The notes: generated by a model not told the origin, from the sequence alone. A stretch of DNA of 63,297 nt, filler included, from Octopus bimaculoides (GCF_001194135.2; 10 parts of 8 records of this genome joined end to end with filler, not necessarily neighbours in it), one strand, 5' to 3'; positions 12,658 through 25,748 are shown, counted from the whole stretch's first letter. Numbers and translations are program-made.

Positions 12658-12961
12658 NNNNNNNNNNNNNNNNNNNNNNNNNNNNNNNNNNNNNNNNNNN
12701 NNNNNNNNNNNNNNNNNNNNNNNNNNNNNNNNNNNNNNNNNNNNNNNNNNNNNNNNNNNNNNNNNNNNNNNNNNNNNNNNNNNNNNNNNNNNNNNNNNNN
12801 NNNNNNNNNNNNNNNNNNNNNNNNNNNNNNNNNNNNNNNNNNNNNNNNNNNNNNNNNNNNNNNNNNNNNNNNNNNNNNNNNNNNNNNNNNNNNNNNNNNN
12901 NNNNNNNNNNNNNNNNNNNNNNNNNNNNNNNNNNNNNNNNNNNNNNNTATATATATATATT

Positions 12962-13270
12962 ATCGTCATCGTCATCATCGTTTAATGTCCGTCTTCCATG
13001 CATGCCTGCATGAGTGGGATGGTTGACAGGAGCCGGCCAGGTAGAAAATTATTGTATCTATTTTGGTAGGGTTTTACGGCTGGATGCATTTCCTAACACC
13101 AACCACTCTGCTGAGTGCACTCAGTGCTCTGTGCGCGGCACTAGCAGAGGCGAGGTTAGTTTTGGCCTGATTTTCACAGCTGTATGCCTTTCCAAATGCC
13201 AAACACTTTACAGTGTAGACCAATTGTTTTCTACGTGGCACCAGCACTCGCAGGGTTACCAAGTAATTCG
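12962..13270 (-). mobile_element. Short retroelement, family C (RTE-related non-autonomous type, GAT-repeat tail)
   Basis: catcatcgtttaatgtccgtcttccatg...ttttacggctggatgcatttcctaacaccaacc matches the reverse complement of 25500-25745. Confidence 0.7.
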
Positions 13271-13299
13271 CAAAACAAGGAATTATGAGAGGAGCAGGG

Positions 13300-13790
13300 C
13301 AATTTGAGGAGGGAAACTTGTGTCAGAGGATGAAAGGTTAGAGTGTGACAGAAAGGACAGAGAGGCAGAAACAGGTGTCTTGCTATAACGGTGGGAGCAT
13401 TAGAAGTGGTGATACGGCATCATATGATGAAAGGTTAGTGCGTGACAGAGAAAGAGAGAAGCAGAAATAGGTGCCTTGCTATAGAGGAGGTACATGATTA
13501 CCCAGTGAGATAGGGAAAAAAGAAAAGAGGGTGAGGAAAAGAGAGGGTAAGGAAAAGAGAGGGTGAGGAAAAGAGAGGGTGAGGAAAAGAGAGGGTGAGG
13601 AAAAGAGAAGGAGACAGAGGGAGACAGAGAGGGAGAGAGGAGAGGTACAAGAATGAGGGCAGAAATAGGCTTGCTGCTGTAGAGGAGAAACATGGCTACC
13701 CAGCCAGAAGGAAGAGCAAAGGAAAGACAGAGAGAGAGTGGGAAACAGCAAAAATGTAAGAGAGAGCAGGAGAGATGGTGAAGTGCCAGG
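13300..13790. repeat. Purine-rich degenerate repeats including a 16-bp tandem (gaggaaaagagagggt)x~5
   Basis: Tandem at ~13530-13610; the motif gaaaYaggYNNNttgctRtagaggag recurs near 13368, 13463 and 13662. Confidence 0.7.
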
Positions 13791-13805
13791 ATATACTCAC
13801 AAGTA

Positions 13806-14740
13806 TACGGGGGCTGTTCATTAAAGATTTCCCCTGACCCACTTTCCAAGAACTAGGATAAACGAAACTTGGCTGTGATAAACAAAATGAAATTATTAGT
13901 CCTTCTCTACACAGCCACCACCAATGGTGACACACTTCTCCCATCGCTTTATGCAGCTGTGAAGACCTCGTCTGTAGAAGTCGGTAGGTTGCATCTGGAG
14001 CCAAGACTTTGCCTCGGAAATAAGTCCGTCCTCATCCGAAAAGTGCTCTCCTTCAAAAGGGACTTCATGGTTGGAAAGAGGTGGAAGTAATATGGTGCGA
14101 GGTCCTGAGAGTAAGCGGGATGAGGAAGGATTTCATAACCGCAGGAGTGTGCTTTCATCTGGCCAACATACACGTGGTGAAGTGGGGCATTGTCTTGGAG
14201 GAGGCAGATTCCTTTGGTCAGCATGCCACACGCCTCACTACTTTCATGGCGTCCCACAATTTCTGCAGCAGAGAAGCATTATTTGTGGTGCTCTTTGCCA
14301 GGAAATCCATCATCCCGACTCCGGGCTGGTCCCAAAAGACTGTGACAATCACCTTACCTGCTGAAGGTTGGACACGAGCCTTCTTTGGAGGTGGTGAGTT
14401 ATTATGCTTCCATTGCTTCGACTGGACTAGACTCAGGACCATAGTCATGGACCCGTGCTTTCTGCCAAAAAGGTCCTCCTCGTTTTCTTGGCACATTGCC
14501 ATAAGAGTCTGGAAGCAATTTGTTCGTTCTTGCTTCTGAAAAGGTGTGAACATCCGGGGAATCTATCGTGCAGACAACTCACGCATGTGCAAACGGTCGT
14601 GAATGATTTTTTCCACAAACCCTACACTTATATTCACTTCTTGAGCAAATTGGCGAATAGTTATGTGGCGATTCTCCAAGATGGTTGCTTCCACTTTATG
14701 GATGGTGTGGTCATCAATGGCGGAATGTATCTATATCTAA
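13806..14740 (-). mobile_element. Mariner (DD34D-type) transposon remnant, 5'-truncated transposase pseudogene
   Basis: Minus-strand peptides include HKVEATILENRHITIRQFAQEVNISVGFVEKIIHDRLHMRELSAR*IPR, QSKQWKHNNSPPPKKARVQPSAGKVIVTVFWD, LLQDNAPLH and LPHPAYSQDLAPYYFHLF. A TIR-like tacgggggctgttcattaaag lies at 13806. Confidence 0.92.
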
Positions 14741-14879
14741 TGGATGTAATAATACTATTCCGCACATACAATTATACATATATGTGTATGTGTGTGTGTA
14801 TACATACTTACGTACATATATACATTCATACATACATAATATATATTATACACACACACACACACACACACACACAAGG

Positions 14880-14990
14880 CCAGCAATTTCGATAGAGAAG
14901 TTACGTCGATTACATCAACCCTGGTACTCATTTTATCGACCCCGAAAAGATAAAAGGCATTGTCGATTTCGGTGGAATTGGAAACTCAGT
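14880..14990 (-). mobile_element. SINE family B fragment
   Basis: gtcgattacatcaaccctggtactcattttatcgaccccgaaaagataaaaggc. Confidence 0.75.
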
Positions 14991-15004
14991 ACGTAATATA
15001 TATT

Positions 15005-15081
<77 letters not shown>

Positions 15082-15397
15082 AAAACTCTCAAGTCTAAGA
15101 TGTGACATTATGTCTGTTATCCAGTCCAACAATGTGCGAGTTGACTGGTTGGAAAACCCTAACTTATCCAGATTGTCGCTCAGGCATTTCCTCACAAAAC
15201 CAAGTGCATCAATTATTTTTTTTCTTTCTATGTGAATTTATAATTTAGATATAGAAACTGGAGGTTTCAAAACAGTTATCCATGGTCATTCTCTTTCTCT
15301 TTGATTTTCAAAGAGATATTCACATCAGCAGCACAACTGACCTCGATGAGGGTACATATTTTTTCTCTACAAAACAATGTCCCACCTGTTATACTCT

Positions 15398-15776
15398 TTT
15401 ACTTGTTTCAATCATTTGACTGTGGCCATACTGGAGCACCGCCTTTAGTCGAGCAAATCAACCCCAGGACTTATTCTTTGGATGCCTAGTACTTATTCTA
15501 TCGGTCTCTTTTGCCGAACCGCTAAGTTACGGGGACGTAAACACACCAGCATCAGTTGTCAAGCGATGTTGGGGGGACAAACACAGACACACAAACATAT
15601 ACACACACATACATATATATACATATACATATATACGACGGGCTTCTTTCAGTTTCCGTCAACCAAATCCGCTCACAAGGCTTTGGTCGGCCCGAGGCTA
15701 TAGTAGAAGACACTTGCCTAAGGTACCACGCAGTGGGAATGAACCCGGAACCATGTGGTTGGTGAGCAAGCTACTT
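15398..15776 (-). mobile_element. SINE family A, near full length
   Basis: Head (15635-15776), (TA/CA) spacer and 3' body (15398-15590) are all present. Confidence 0.9.
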
Positions 15777-15940
15777 TATTTCATTTCAATTTGCCATAAA
15801 GGCAGTACACAGAGAGTAGCTACGGGCTGGACAAAAACATTAATGAGATGAAATGGATGATAAATATGATGGTATAATGAGAGAAGGCAAAAGCCGCCCG
15901 CCGAACTTTGCTTCTCTATAACACTGTTCTTTTGCGCCTA

Positions 15941-16680
15941 ATGTTTACACTTGACAGATGTTTTGATGGGAACGTTCCACCAGCATTTCTTTTGCTGGTA
16001 TTTGTGTACTTATTCAATAACTAAGGGATTTAGTATATTTATTCCAAGTCTCTTTTTTCTGGACGGCGTTGTATACTGTTTTTGCGAACAGCGTCGTGTT
16101 GCATAGGGAGTTAGTACCTTGATGACATTTTGGGACAGTTGCTAATCACGTGTGATGCCTTCCACAGAAACATGACATAATCTACGTCTTCGGTTGCATC
16201 TTGGAACTCCAAGGTCTTCATTGTCATTTTTATTGATTAGGTATTTCGTAGCAATCTCTTGTTCTGGAATTGCAAATGCATAAGTATGTATAGGCTTCTC
16301 TTTCTCTTTTTAATTTCAGAGTAAATTTTGATCGGCAACCTACTTGAAAGTAAGGTTTTGAAGGAGGGTATCTCGTTTTAGCCATCATCCTTTATACAAG
16401 TAGTTCCTACAGATTTTTTATAATCCCAGATATCATCATTTGTAGCGTATGAATTAAGGATTTGCATTCTCTCCTCTACATCCCAAGTTCAGCCATATTT
16501 TGCTCTAGGCAGGTTAGTATGTATCTTATTGGTCCAAAAGTAATAGGTATAAAGCTGAAAGCGTACCTTGGAGACTGGATTAACAAACTCCATATCAATG
16601 GTCCATAGATGTCCTTTCCCTTGTATTTTTCTAACCATATTCATGTCCAGAGGGCAGCTGATTTCTACAATCGTGCATTT
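15941..16680 (-). mobile_element. RLE-type (R4/Dong/NeSL-like) non-LTR retrotransposon remnant, two fragments in permuted order
   Basis: 16680-16390 gives KCTIVEISCPLDMN...DIYGPLIWSL...FSFIPITFGP (RLE C-terminus), followed by a 3' UTR-like stretch. 16292-15941 gives FAIPEQEIATKYL...RLCHVSVEGIT/HVISNCPKMSSRY...WWNVPIKTSVKCKH (CCHC region), across frameshifts. Confidence 0.75.
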
Positions 16681-16989
16681 ATGTATGTATATATGTATGT
16701 ATATGTATGTATATATATATGTATATATATGTATGTATGCATGCATGTATGTATGTATACACACATATGTACATATATGAGTATAATTTTGTTTTCCTTT
16801 AGCTTTCATATTTGTCCCTAGGGAGAAAAGAAAAATGTTAATTAGTTTCTTTAGTCATATATTCGTGTGTACGTGTGTGTATGTATGTGCATGCGTGTAT
16901 ATGTGTGTGTATAGATGGATGTAGACATGTAGACATTTATATATAATCATATGAGTGTGTGTGTGTGTTTGTGTGTGTAGGGGTACTCG

Positions 16990-17026
<37 letters not shown>

Positions 17027-17292
17027 CGACAGCTAATGTAGCATATGCATATACGTATATATTCCCAAGGCTACACACAATGCTACATTTAAACACACAT
17101 ACATACATAAAAGGCACATACACACATAGACATATATCTACACGCATACACAAACGCACACGCAAACATACATACATACATACATACGTTCACACGCATG
17201 CATCCATACATACATGTGTATAAACATACATACATACGTACGTACATACATGCATACTTACAAACACATACATATATGCACACACGCATGCA

Positions 17293-17348
<56 letters not shown>

Positions 17349-17550
17349 AATGCTTACACACAGTCATATATATATAAATACATACATAGACGCATACATA
17401 CATAAACACACGCATACATACATACATACATACATACATACATGCATGTACACACACACATGCGCAGCATGCATGCATAAAAATATAAATACATATATAA
17501 ATACATACAAACACACAGACATACACACCAACATGCATGTGCAATGCAAT
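16680..17550. repeat. Compound (TATG)/(TA)/(CA)/(GATA) microsatellite field
   Basis: Seen directly; accounts for the pseudo-ORFs at 16568-17614. Confidence 0.9.
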
Positions 17551-18681
17551 ATACAACTACAGATCTGCAAATAGGAGGGGGTAACTGCTTAATCTTAGAG
17601 AGGGTACTGCGCATTCACTGACCTTCGTCACAATAGCAGCTAAATACCTGGACCTCTTTTCACCAATTTTTTTTTGTTTGTTTTTCTTTTTACCTTTCTT
17701 TTTTGTTACATTTTTTTTTTTTTTGCTTTGAATTTCAAAAATTACCTGATTTTTCTCTGCGAAAAAACGCAAACAATTAAAGACTTGATGCAATCAAAGA
17801 AACGCTCCTTGTTTCCTTGTCAACCTGTATTCTTCGCTGTGTTTCATTTTCCACTTACCATTCCATACAAATTCTAACTAAGCCTGCTCCGGCACCACCG
17901 CTGCTACCAAAATCCCCACCACCCCCGTCGACAGAGAACAATAACACCACTACCAACATCCTCAGCNNNNNNNNNNNNNNNNNNNNNNNNNNNNNNNNNN
18001 NNNNNNNNNNTTAATTAATTAANNNNNNNNNNNNNNNNNNNNNNNNNNNNNNNNNNNNNNNNNNNNGCGGATGCCTGTATGTAGGTAATAGCGTTCTTTT
18101 TGCTAAAACTTAAAAAAATTTTGTTCGTTTTTTGTAATTGTGAAATTTTTTCGCCATGAACGGTTTGTGTCTTTAAACGGAATGTATTTTTTCTGATGTT
18201 ATATCTGTTCCTGAATGATGTGTAAAGAAATTTTGATTTAAGCATCTTAATGAATTCTTTATACTGAAATATATATTGAAGAAGATAAATATGTTCTTTT
18301 GAATTTATACGTTTTTGCGTCGTAACTCCTTTATTATTATATATATATACATATAAGATAAATGACTTGTATATTTTTACGGTAGACATTCGAATTATTT
18401 GCTGGTTTCATGTCGATGGCCATCACTAATTACTTAACAATATTTTATGGTATTATGTTATATTTTCTATCAATCAAAATAAGTGGTTTTAATATTATTG
18501 TTTTCATCTGTACACCCCCTGATTCCCTTCATGCGATTTTATTTACCTTCCTCTCACCCTCTCTATTATTTTCACTCCCGATATTGACGTATTTCTGCAT
18601 ATCTATCTATCTATCTATCTAACTGTGTCTGTCTATGTGTCTATCCGTCTGTCCGTCCGTCTTGTGTGTGTTTGTGAGTCT

Positions 18682-18720
<39 letters not shown>

Positions 18721-18756
18721 TGTCTGTGTGTATATGTATATATATTTATATATATA

Positions 18757-19676
18757 GAAGGTGCGTAAGGTATTTGAGGATAAAGCTCTTTGGGGTCATT
18801 GCTGCATTTATTTTAAAACACTGTATAATTTTTGTTTCAGAATATAATAATGGCAGACCCTCAGCTTACTCAAGAAATGAACAAATGTTATTGTAGTTAT
18901 AAAGGCTGAGCATAGCTATTTCGAAATATCTCAATTTTAAAAATTTGCCAGATCTTTCATCTACAAAGTTTTTATGGAATTAGAGACTGTAGATAGAAAC
19001 GTAGCAGAAGTATCAAGGCATAAAAAAACACATCCTAAACGCTCTGAAATCATCGGGACAAATGAATTTATCCAGCAAATTCAACAGACCATTGGTTACG
19101 ATCCCAGAAATTCCATGAGGTTAATTGCAAAAGATCTCCATATATCAGAAGAAACAGTCAGAAATGTTGTCCACTAAGACATCATAAATAAGTTTTATGT
19201 GATAAGGAAAGGTCAATTTGTCATAAAAAGGAAAAGAAATTTACTACATCAGATCAAAAAGGATCTTAAACAAACTGAAAAATCCAGCTGAAGATTTGAT
19301 TGATTTGGTTTTTCTTAGACGAGGAATACTTCGATCAAGATCAAAAAGTCAATAAGAAAATGAGACAGATGGTAATGTGCAGACACTTCTGAAGATCCAA
19401 TTTTTATACATACAAATGTTTCTGCAACTGCCATGGTTTTAGAGGCTGAAAGCTGCCATAGTCAGCAAGACCACTTGCTTAGATCATGTAGATGATTTAG
19501 ATCTCCTATAGAAGCAGTTGTTGAAGCTGAAGGTGGCTTTTTTGAATAACATTATAGAAAATAAGGTTTATGTTGATCCTCATAGCACTTTTTGAAAAAT
19601 TAAATTATGATCTGTTAATATACATCTCTTTGTTTTTATAAATGTAAAAGTGTCCTCAAATATCATGCGCACCCTG
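18757..19676 (+). mobile_element. Tc1/mariner-superfamily element (maT/DD37D-like), internally deleted, both TIRs present
   Basis: Left TIR gaaggtgcgtaaggtatttgagga; right TIR reverse complement cagggtgcgcatgatatttgagga. Peptides: KKTHPKRSEIIGTNEFIQQIQQTIGYDPRNSMRLIAKDLHISEETVRNVVH, WFFLDEEYFDQDQKVN and FRSPIEAVVEAEGGFFE*. The subfamily is inferred from recalled N- and C-terminal similarity, because the DD37D spacing itself is deleted. Confidence 0.85.
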
Positions 19677-20128
19677 CATATATATTATATGTTTGTGTAT
19701 GTATAAATGTGCGTGTTAGTGTACATACATATACACATACATATATATATGTATATCTATATACATATATATAGACATATANNNNNNNNNNNNNNNNNNN
19801 NNNNNNNNNNNNNNNNNNNNNNNNNNNNNNNNNNNNNNNNNNNNNNNNNNNNNNNNNNNNNNNNNNNNNNNNNNNNNNNNNNNNNNNNNNNNNNNNNNNN
19901 NNNNNNNNNNNNNNNNNNNNNNNNNNNNNNNNNNNNNNNNNNNNNNNNNNNNNNNNNNNNNNNNNNNNNNNNNNNNNNNNNNNNNNNNNNNNNNNNNNNN
20001 NNNNNNNNNNNNNNNNNNNNNNNNNNNNNNNNNNNNNNNNNNNNNNNNNNNNNNNNNNNNNNNNNNNNNNNNNNNNNNNNNNNNNNNNNNNNNNNNNNNN
20101 NNNNNNNNNNNNNNNNNNNNNNNNNNNC

Positions 20129-20775
20129 TCCGCAATCCAAGTTTTCCATGAAATATACGGAGACATTGTGCACAAGGGATAGAAGGGGTTGGTTTGGGAA
20201 GGAGAAGGAGCTGCTTTCTCTCCCGTCTCTTGAGTTCAGGTCTTGGGACTCGGGTTTTCTCGAAGTCTGCTGAACCCGTTTTGATGGTGTGTCTCCAGAG
20301 TGGTCTGTTTGCCGAGATATCCTCCCAGTGTGCGTCATCGATGTTGGTGATTTTGAAGGTTGATTTGAGTTGGTTCTTGTACCGCCTCAACGGGGCTTCA
20401 CGAGGACGTTTTCCTTCAGACATTTCACCGTAGAGACAGGTCTTGGGAACGCGGTGTTCATTCATCCGACGGACGTGACCTGACCCTCGGAGACGATGCT
20501 CAATGATCAAGGCTGCGATGCTCAGGAGACCTGNNNNNNNNNNGCTCAATGATCAAGGCTGCGATGCTCAGGAGACCTGATCTTTCAAGCACAGAGTTAT
20601 TGGTGATGTGATCTTCCCAGTTGATGTTCAGGATAGAACGAAATTTGGATTGATGGAATCACTCTAGTTTCTTCATGTCCTCACAGTAAACAATCCAGTT
20701 TTCACACCCGTACAGCAGATTTGATACGACAACAGCCCGATAGAACATGAACTTCGTTTTGAATGTCAGATCCTT
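20129..20775 (-). mobile_element. RTE (BovB-like) LINE 3' fragment
   Basis: KTKFMFYRAVVVSNLLYGCENW...NINWEDHITNNSVLERSGLLSIAALIIEHRLRGSGHVRRMNEHRVPKTCLYGEMSEGKRPREAPLRRYKNQLK...WEDISANRPLWR...CAQCLRIFHGKLGL. Confidence 0.92.
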
Positions 20776-20798
20776 GTATATATATATATACACACACA

Positions 20799-20859
<61 letters not shown>

Positions 20860-20888
20860 GTATATTTAAGTAAGTATATGAAAAATAT

Positions 20889-21345
20889 AAATGGGCTGAT
20901 GAAAATAATATGCAGTTCAATGATGATAAGTTTCAAGCACTCCGCTATCGGCCCACAAACAGACTACAATCGGAATACATAGGAACAGGGAACATTGCAA
21001 TCCCATAGTTAGAATCGTTGCGTAACCTGGGAATCCACATGAGTAGCGTTGCAACATACCGTGTGCATATTGCCAGAATGGTAACATTGTGCCGGCCAGT
21101 AGCTCGATGAAATCTTAGATCATCCAGAACCAGACATAAGGTTACTTTTCTATTCCTATGGAGGATATCCTTCCTCAATCATCTGGATTATTTCTCTCAA
21201 CTGTGATGGCTGCAGAACGTCAAATTGGTGGCAGAACTTGAGGCAATACAGTGCCTCTACACAAAGAAGATGGACTCGATGAAGCAGATGAGCTACTGGG
21301 TGATGCTACAAGAATTGAAGCACTTCTGCCTGGAAAGAAGGTGAG
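20889..21345 (+). mobile_element. CR1-clade LINE fragment (post-RT region)
   Basis: KWADENNMQFNDDKFQALRY...LRNLGIHMS...LDYFSQL*W...ELEAIQCLYTKKMDSMKQMSYWVMLQEL...LERR, with in-frame stops. Confidence 0.85.
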
Positions 21346-22019
21346 AAAGTTAGGCAGATCACGTGATTTCGACCTTGTTTATTCGTGTCAGTGATGGACA
21401 CTCGATCACTAGAGACAGCGGTGATACAACCCAAGTCAACGATATATGATACTGATAGTACCAAAACAGGCGCCGGTGTCTCGATTAGTCAGTTAGCTTC
21501 AAAAAGATAATATATTAGCGACACAGGCATCATTAATACAGCGAATATTAATCCTCTCGCAAAATTTTCTTCCAAAAGAACATCCACGTTTAAATGGGTA
21601 TAAATATTACCTCATGCGCAATATCATCCATGGTCCAAATATATTCACTTCATATTCGTATATTTACTAAAATATTATCTTTTAGACATTACCAGAACGT
21701 TATATATTAAGAATTAACTTCCATATAGCATATCCGCGAAGTACATAGTGCCATGCGCTTTACAGAAGTGTAACAATGAGTTTGTAATATATCTGAAATT
21801 TCATATTTATTCAAACTGAAAGTTCACATGTAACGCTTTATTCCTAATTTAGAAGGTTTTATAAATTCTACACCTCACATCAATAGGTGACCTCATGTAG
21901 TATATGCGAACATCAGAACATTCTAGAATAATATCATATAGTGTAGTAATGTATTAAAGAATAAATTGCATTCAGAATTCAGTGCACTAAAACGTGTAAA
22001 TCCTTTGTCAACAACTCTT

Positions 22020-22245
22020 TCTCTCTATCTATCAATTTATCTCTCTCTCCACCCCACATACACACACACTCTCTCTATCTATCTATTTATCTCTCTCCCC
22101 ACCCCATATACACACACACTCTCTCTCTATCTATCTATTTATCTCTCTCTCCACCCCACGTACACGCACACTCTCTCTCTATCTATCTATTTATCTCTCT
22201 CCCCACCCCACATACACACACTCTCTCTCTACTATACTCTTCTGT
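22020..22245. repeat. ~52-bp minisatellite x4 (ctctctctatctatctatttatctctctccccaccccacatacacacaca)
   Basis: Four consecutive near-identical units. Confidence 0.85.
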
Positions 22246-22618
22246 CTCTCTCTGTCTCTCTCTCTCTGTCCATATATATATGCACATATCAGCTGAGATT
22301 TCACTGATACGTTTGTGAATTCCAGGGGGCATTATGTTTTGATGAATTACATATATGTACATCCGTATATTTTAGTTTCCGCCATAAAGTCACAACATCT
22401 TGGAAAGTTTATATGTAGTTTTATTGGTTCATGCAAATCGATAGCGTCAACGATTGAAGAAAAAAATGGCTAAACAGTGATTTAAACGGTAGCAGTACAA
22501 AGGATCAAAAGAATGCGAAAAAAGTTGCTAACACGAAAATAAAGATAGGGAAAAGGGGTAATACATACACGCACGCGCACGCACACACGCACACACACAC
22601 ACACACAGACGCGCGCGC

Positions 22619-22661
<43 letters not shown>

Positions 22662-22966
22662 GTTGTTGAAGCAGAACATCATAATTTAATATTATTAAAC
22701 ATTGGAAATCTATAAATTTTCAACGATGGTGAAACTTGCAACAAAATTTTCAACGCTTGGGATTAATGTGCCTCTAAAAATTGCGAAATCTGCTATCAGC
22801 AATGGAACCTTAGATCATTCTCCGGGAATATACATTTATTTTTATAATGAATTACCATCGTCAATTTTTATACAGTTTATATGAAACGAAAACTCATAAT
22901 ATTTTCTCCCTCTTTCTCATTGATTGCATCTCAAGCTTCTACATATTCTAAACACACAAATTACTC

Positions 22967-22997
<31 letters not shown>

Positions 22998-23398
22998 AGG
23001 TGTGTGTGTATTATTAATTATAATTGGTGGTACACGAAGTATTAGCGTTACTACAAATAAGAGTCGAAAAATACTCAAATAAGTTGCAATTTCAATGAAA
23101 ATTCAACAGGCGGGCAAAAATCGAGGAACGGGTAAAAACGTTAACCTACCATTGCGGTTGAAAAACCGAAATGAAAATCGTAGATATACTTATAACACGT
23201 GATTTTGAACTTTGAGATCTTTCTCTTTGTTCTCGTCCGTAGATCTCGCTGCCAAGACTTTAATTTAGACTTGCTTTGTCATGCCTGGAAGCAAAGAGAA
23301 CAATATCATTTTCAATGCGAGACACGCCAACTTATATGACACTGATATGCGAATTCCATCCTCCGTATGCATTGCAGCTTTCATTACATGTTCCATGA

Positions 23399-23650
23399 CT
23401 ACGAAATTGCTAAGGTAACACCTTGTAGAATTCCACTCTGTGGTGTGATGTCAAGTGCCTGTTTTCCATTAGCAAGTGTATATGCTGTTTGATGTTCATA
23501 AAGACATCTAACTACCGATGTTATTTCGATGGTATCTGTCGTTCCAAGAATCGTGAGCATAGAAGTTCTGTTGATGCTGTCGAATGCTTTTCGAAAGTCT
23601 ATGAACATCGTAAACTATTTGGAGACGCAATGCAGGTCTCCAATATTCTC
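23399..23650 (-). mobile_element. Non-LTR reverse transcriptase fragment (RTE-like)
   Basis: MFIDFRKAFDSINR...VRCLYE...SGILQGVTLA matches the RT motifs F(I/L)DFxKAFDS and GxxQGxxLxP. Confidence 0.8.
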
Positions 23651-24943
23651 TTCAACGTGTGAATTTGTTCAATGCATCCTGGGTTCTTTCTATCAGAAGC
23701 CTATTAAAAAGCGGTGCCTCATGAGTCACGAGACTTATTCCCCAATAGTTGGACACCTGTCTTAGATCACCTTTCTTGACATGTAACTACATTAAGATGA
23801 AAATAAATCAGCAAATATATCAACACAGAAATAATTAATGTGTACAGTGATTTTCTTTCACTTTGCCTATAAGGATAATTTCTCTCCGAAGGTTTTCGTA
23901 GCGAAAGCTTTTCTATGTTTCAGTGTACACCATCCTGTTACATATAATTGTACACACCGATATTGTAACGATTAGTGCTTAGTGAATATTTAATTCCTTT
24001 GCGCATATCAGGAAATTTCATATTTGCTATTCATATATAAGAAGGGCAGTTTTTAATGAGCAATGGATGTCAAATTTGGTTATTTATAGTTCATGAAGTA
24101 TAACAACATTTAAATTTCTGCTATCGTTCGATGATATTATTCGTAGCCCGGTTGTACGTTTTTCACAAACTTTCTATAACAAGAATTTCACTCTGAAGAC
24201 TACTTTAGCAACGAATATATTTGCATACATAGTGTCCATACATATATCTTAAATAATACTGGAAATGAACTTAGACAACAAAAACGAAAATTTAAATGCT
24301 GGGAAAGCACCCTATAAATAATCAATCATTTGGTCTATAGTAAGCAAATATATTGATGCAAATTTAAAAACTAACACAAGAAAAAATATTCGATTACATA
24401 TACTATGCCTGAACAGACATAGTTACATCAAAAATAAGATACATAAAGTTTCGATGTTTATTTCCAATATCCATATGAGCATAAAATATATTGCAAGAGA
24501 AACAGCCATTTTTTTAATGTTCTATCTACAAATGAACTAGTAACACAATGTTCAATTGAAAACTATTACAATCAATACCATATGGAACCGATACAAATGC
24601 GATAATAGTTACAATATTTAAGAGAGATACACAACCATATGAGCTCAGAATAAGAAAAAAAACATAACGCCTCCATTAATATGATACACTAAATATTAAT
24701 TCATTTATATATAGATACGTATCAGTTATGAGTAACAAGAAACAATAAATAACAAGCTGTGAGAATCACACTCAACAGAATCGCGTGCACACTAATAGAG
24801 ACTCACATATAAACACACGAACATATATATATATATATATATANNNNNNNNNNNNNNNNNNNNNNNNNNNNNNNNNNNNNNNNNNNNTTAATTAATTAAN
24901 NNNNNNNNNNNNNNNNNNNNNNNNNNNNNNNNNNNNNNNNNNN

Positions 24944-25150
24944 CTGTACTCTTTCGCCACAACTTTCTCTCATTCTTGCTTCCTGTTTCTGTTGCGCCTG
25001 TCATTCAAAGGGTCAGCCTTGTCACACTGTGTCACGCTGAATATCCCCGAGAACTACGTTAAGGGTATATGTGTCTGTGGAGTGCTCAGCCACTTGCATG
25101 TTAATTTCGCGAGCGGGCTGTTCCGTTGATCGGATCAACTAGAACCCTCG
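24944..25150 (-). mobile_element. Interspersed repeat fragment (family D)
   Basis: Shares its start with 12615-12645 in inverted orientation. Confidence 0.5.
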
Positions 25151-25206
25151 TGCCAACAACAACTGTGTAAAAGAACATTGCCATTACCATATTTCCATGC
25201 ACAATA

Positions 25207-25420
25207 GGGTGCTGAAAAGTTCTTGGCTTTGGGTAAAAGAAAATACAGGAGGATCACTTAATTATGATTTTATCCCACATATTCCCCCTCTCAGATGCAC
25301 ACACTTATTACAGTGGTCCTTCAGTTTTTCTAAGCCCTGTAAAAGAACTCGGAAGGCTGGGTCTCTAATCAGGCCTTTCAAGATACCCTTAAACCCAGGA
25401 CATTTTCAGCACCCCCTCAT
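25207..25420 (-). mobile_element. Short mariner-derived non-autonomous element with TIRs
   Basis: Left agggtgctgaaaagttcttggcttt; right reverse complement gagggggtgctgaaaatgtcctgggttt. Homologous to 4749-4956. Confidence 0.8.
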
Positions 25421-25499
25421 AAGGTCAGATTGTATTCAGAAAGTCGAGTCTCAGATCTGCATGAGATTAAAATGTTAAAGCCCAAGTCTCATATATTTA

Positions 25500-25748
25500 G
25501 AGGGTCGGGTGACACGTAAAAGCACCCACTACACTCTCTGAGTGGTTGGCGTTAGGAAGGGCATCCAGCTGTAGAAACGCTGCCAAATTAGATTGGAGCC
25601 TGGTGTAGCCATCCGGTTGCACCAGNNNNNNNNNNAATTAGATTGGAGCCTGGTGTAGCCATCCGGTTGCACCAGTCCTCAGTCAAATCGTCCAACCCAT
25701 GCTAGCATGGAAAGCGGACGTTAAACGATGATGATGATGATGATGATG
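25500..25748 (+). mobile_element. Short retroelement, family C, with (GAT)n tail
   Basis: gagtggttggcgttaggaagggcatccagctgtagaaac...aacccatgctagcatggaaagcggacgttaaacgatgatgat; other copies at ~145-190, 12962, 27405 and 34850. Confidence 0.75.

Noticed and set aside
20487-20580. Short direct repeats flanking 10-N gaps (also near 6505, 8032, 25626 and 34350)
   Set aside because: The same sequence on both sides of a minimal gap indicates unmerged overlapping contig ends, not a duplication or TSD.
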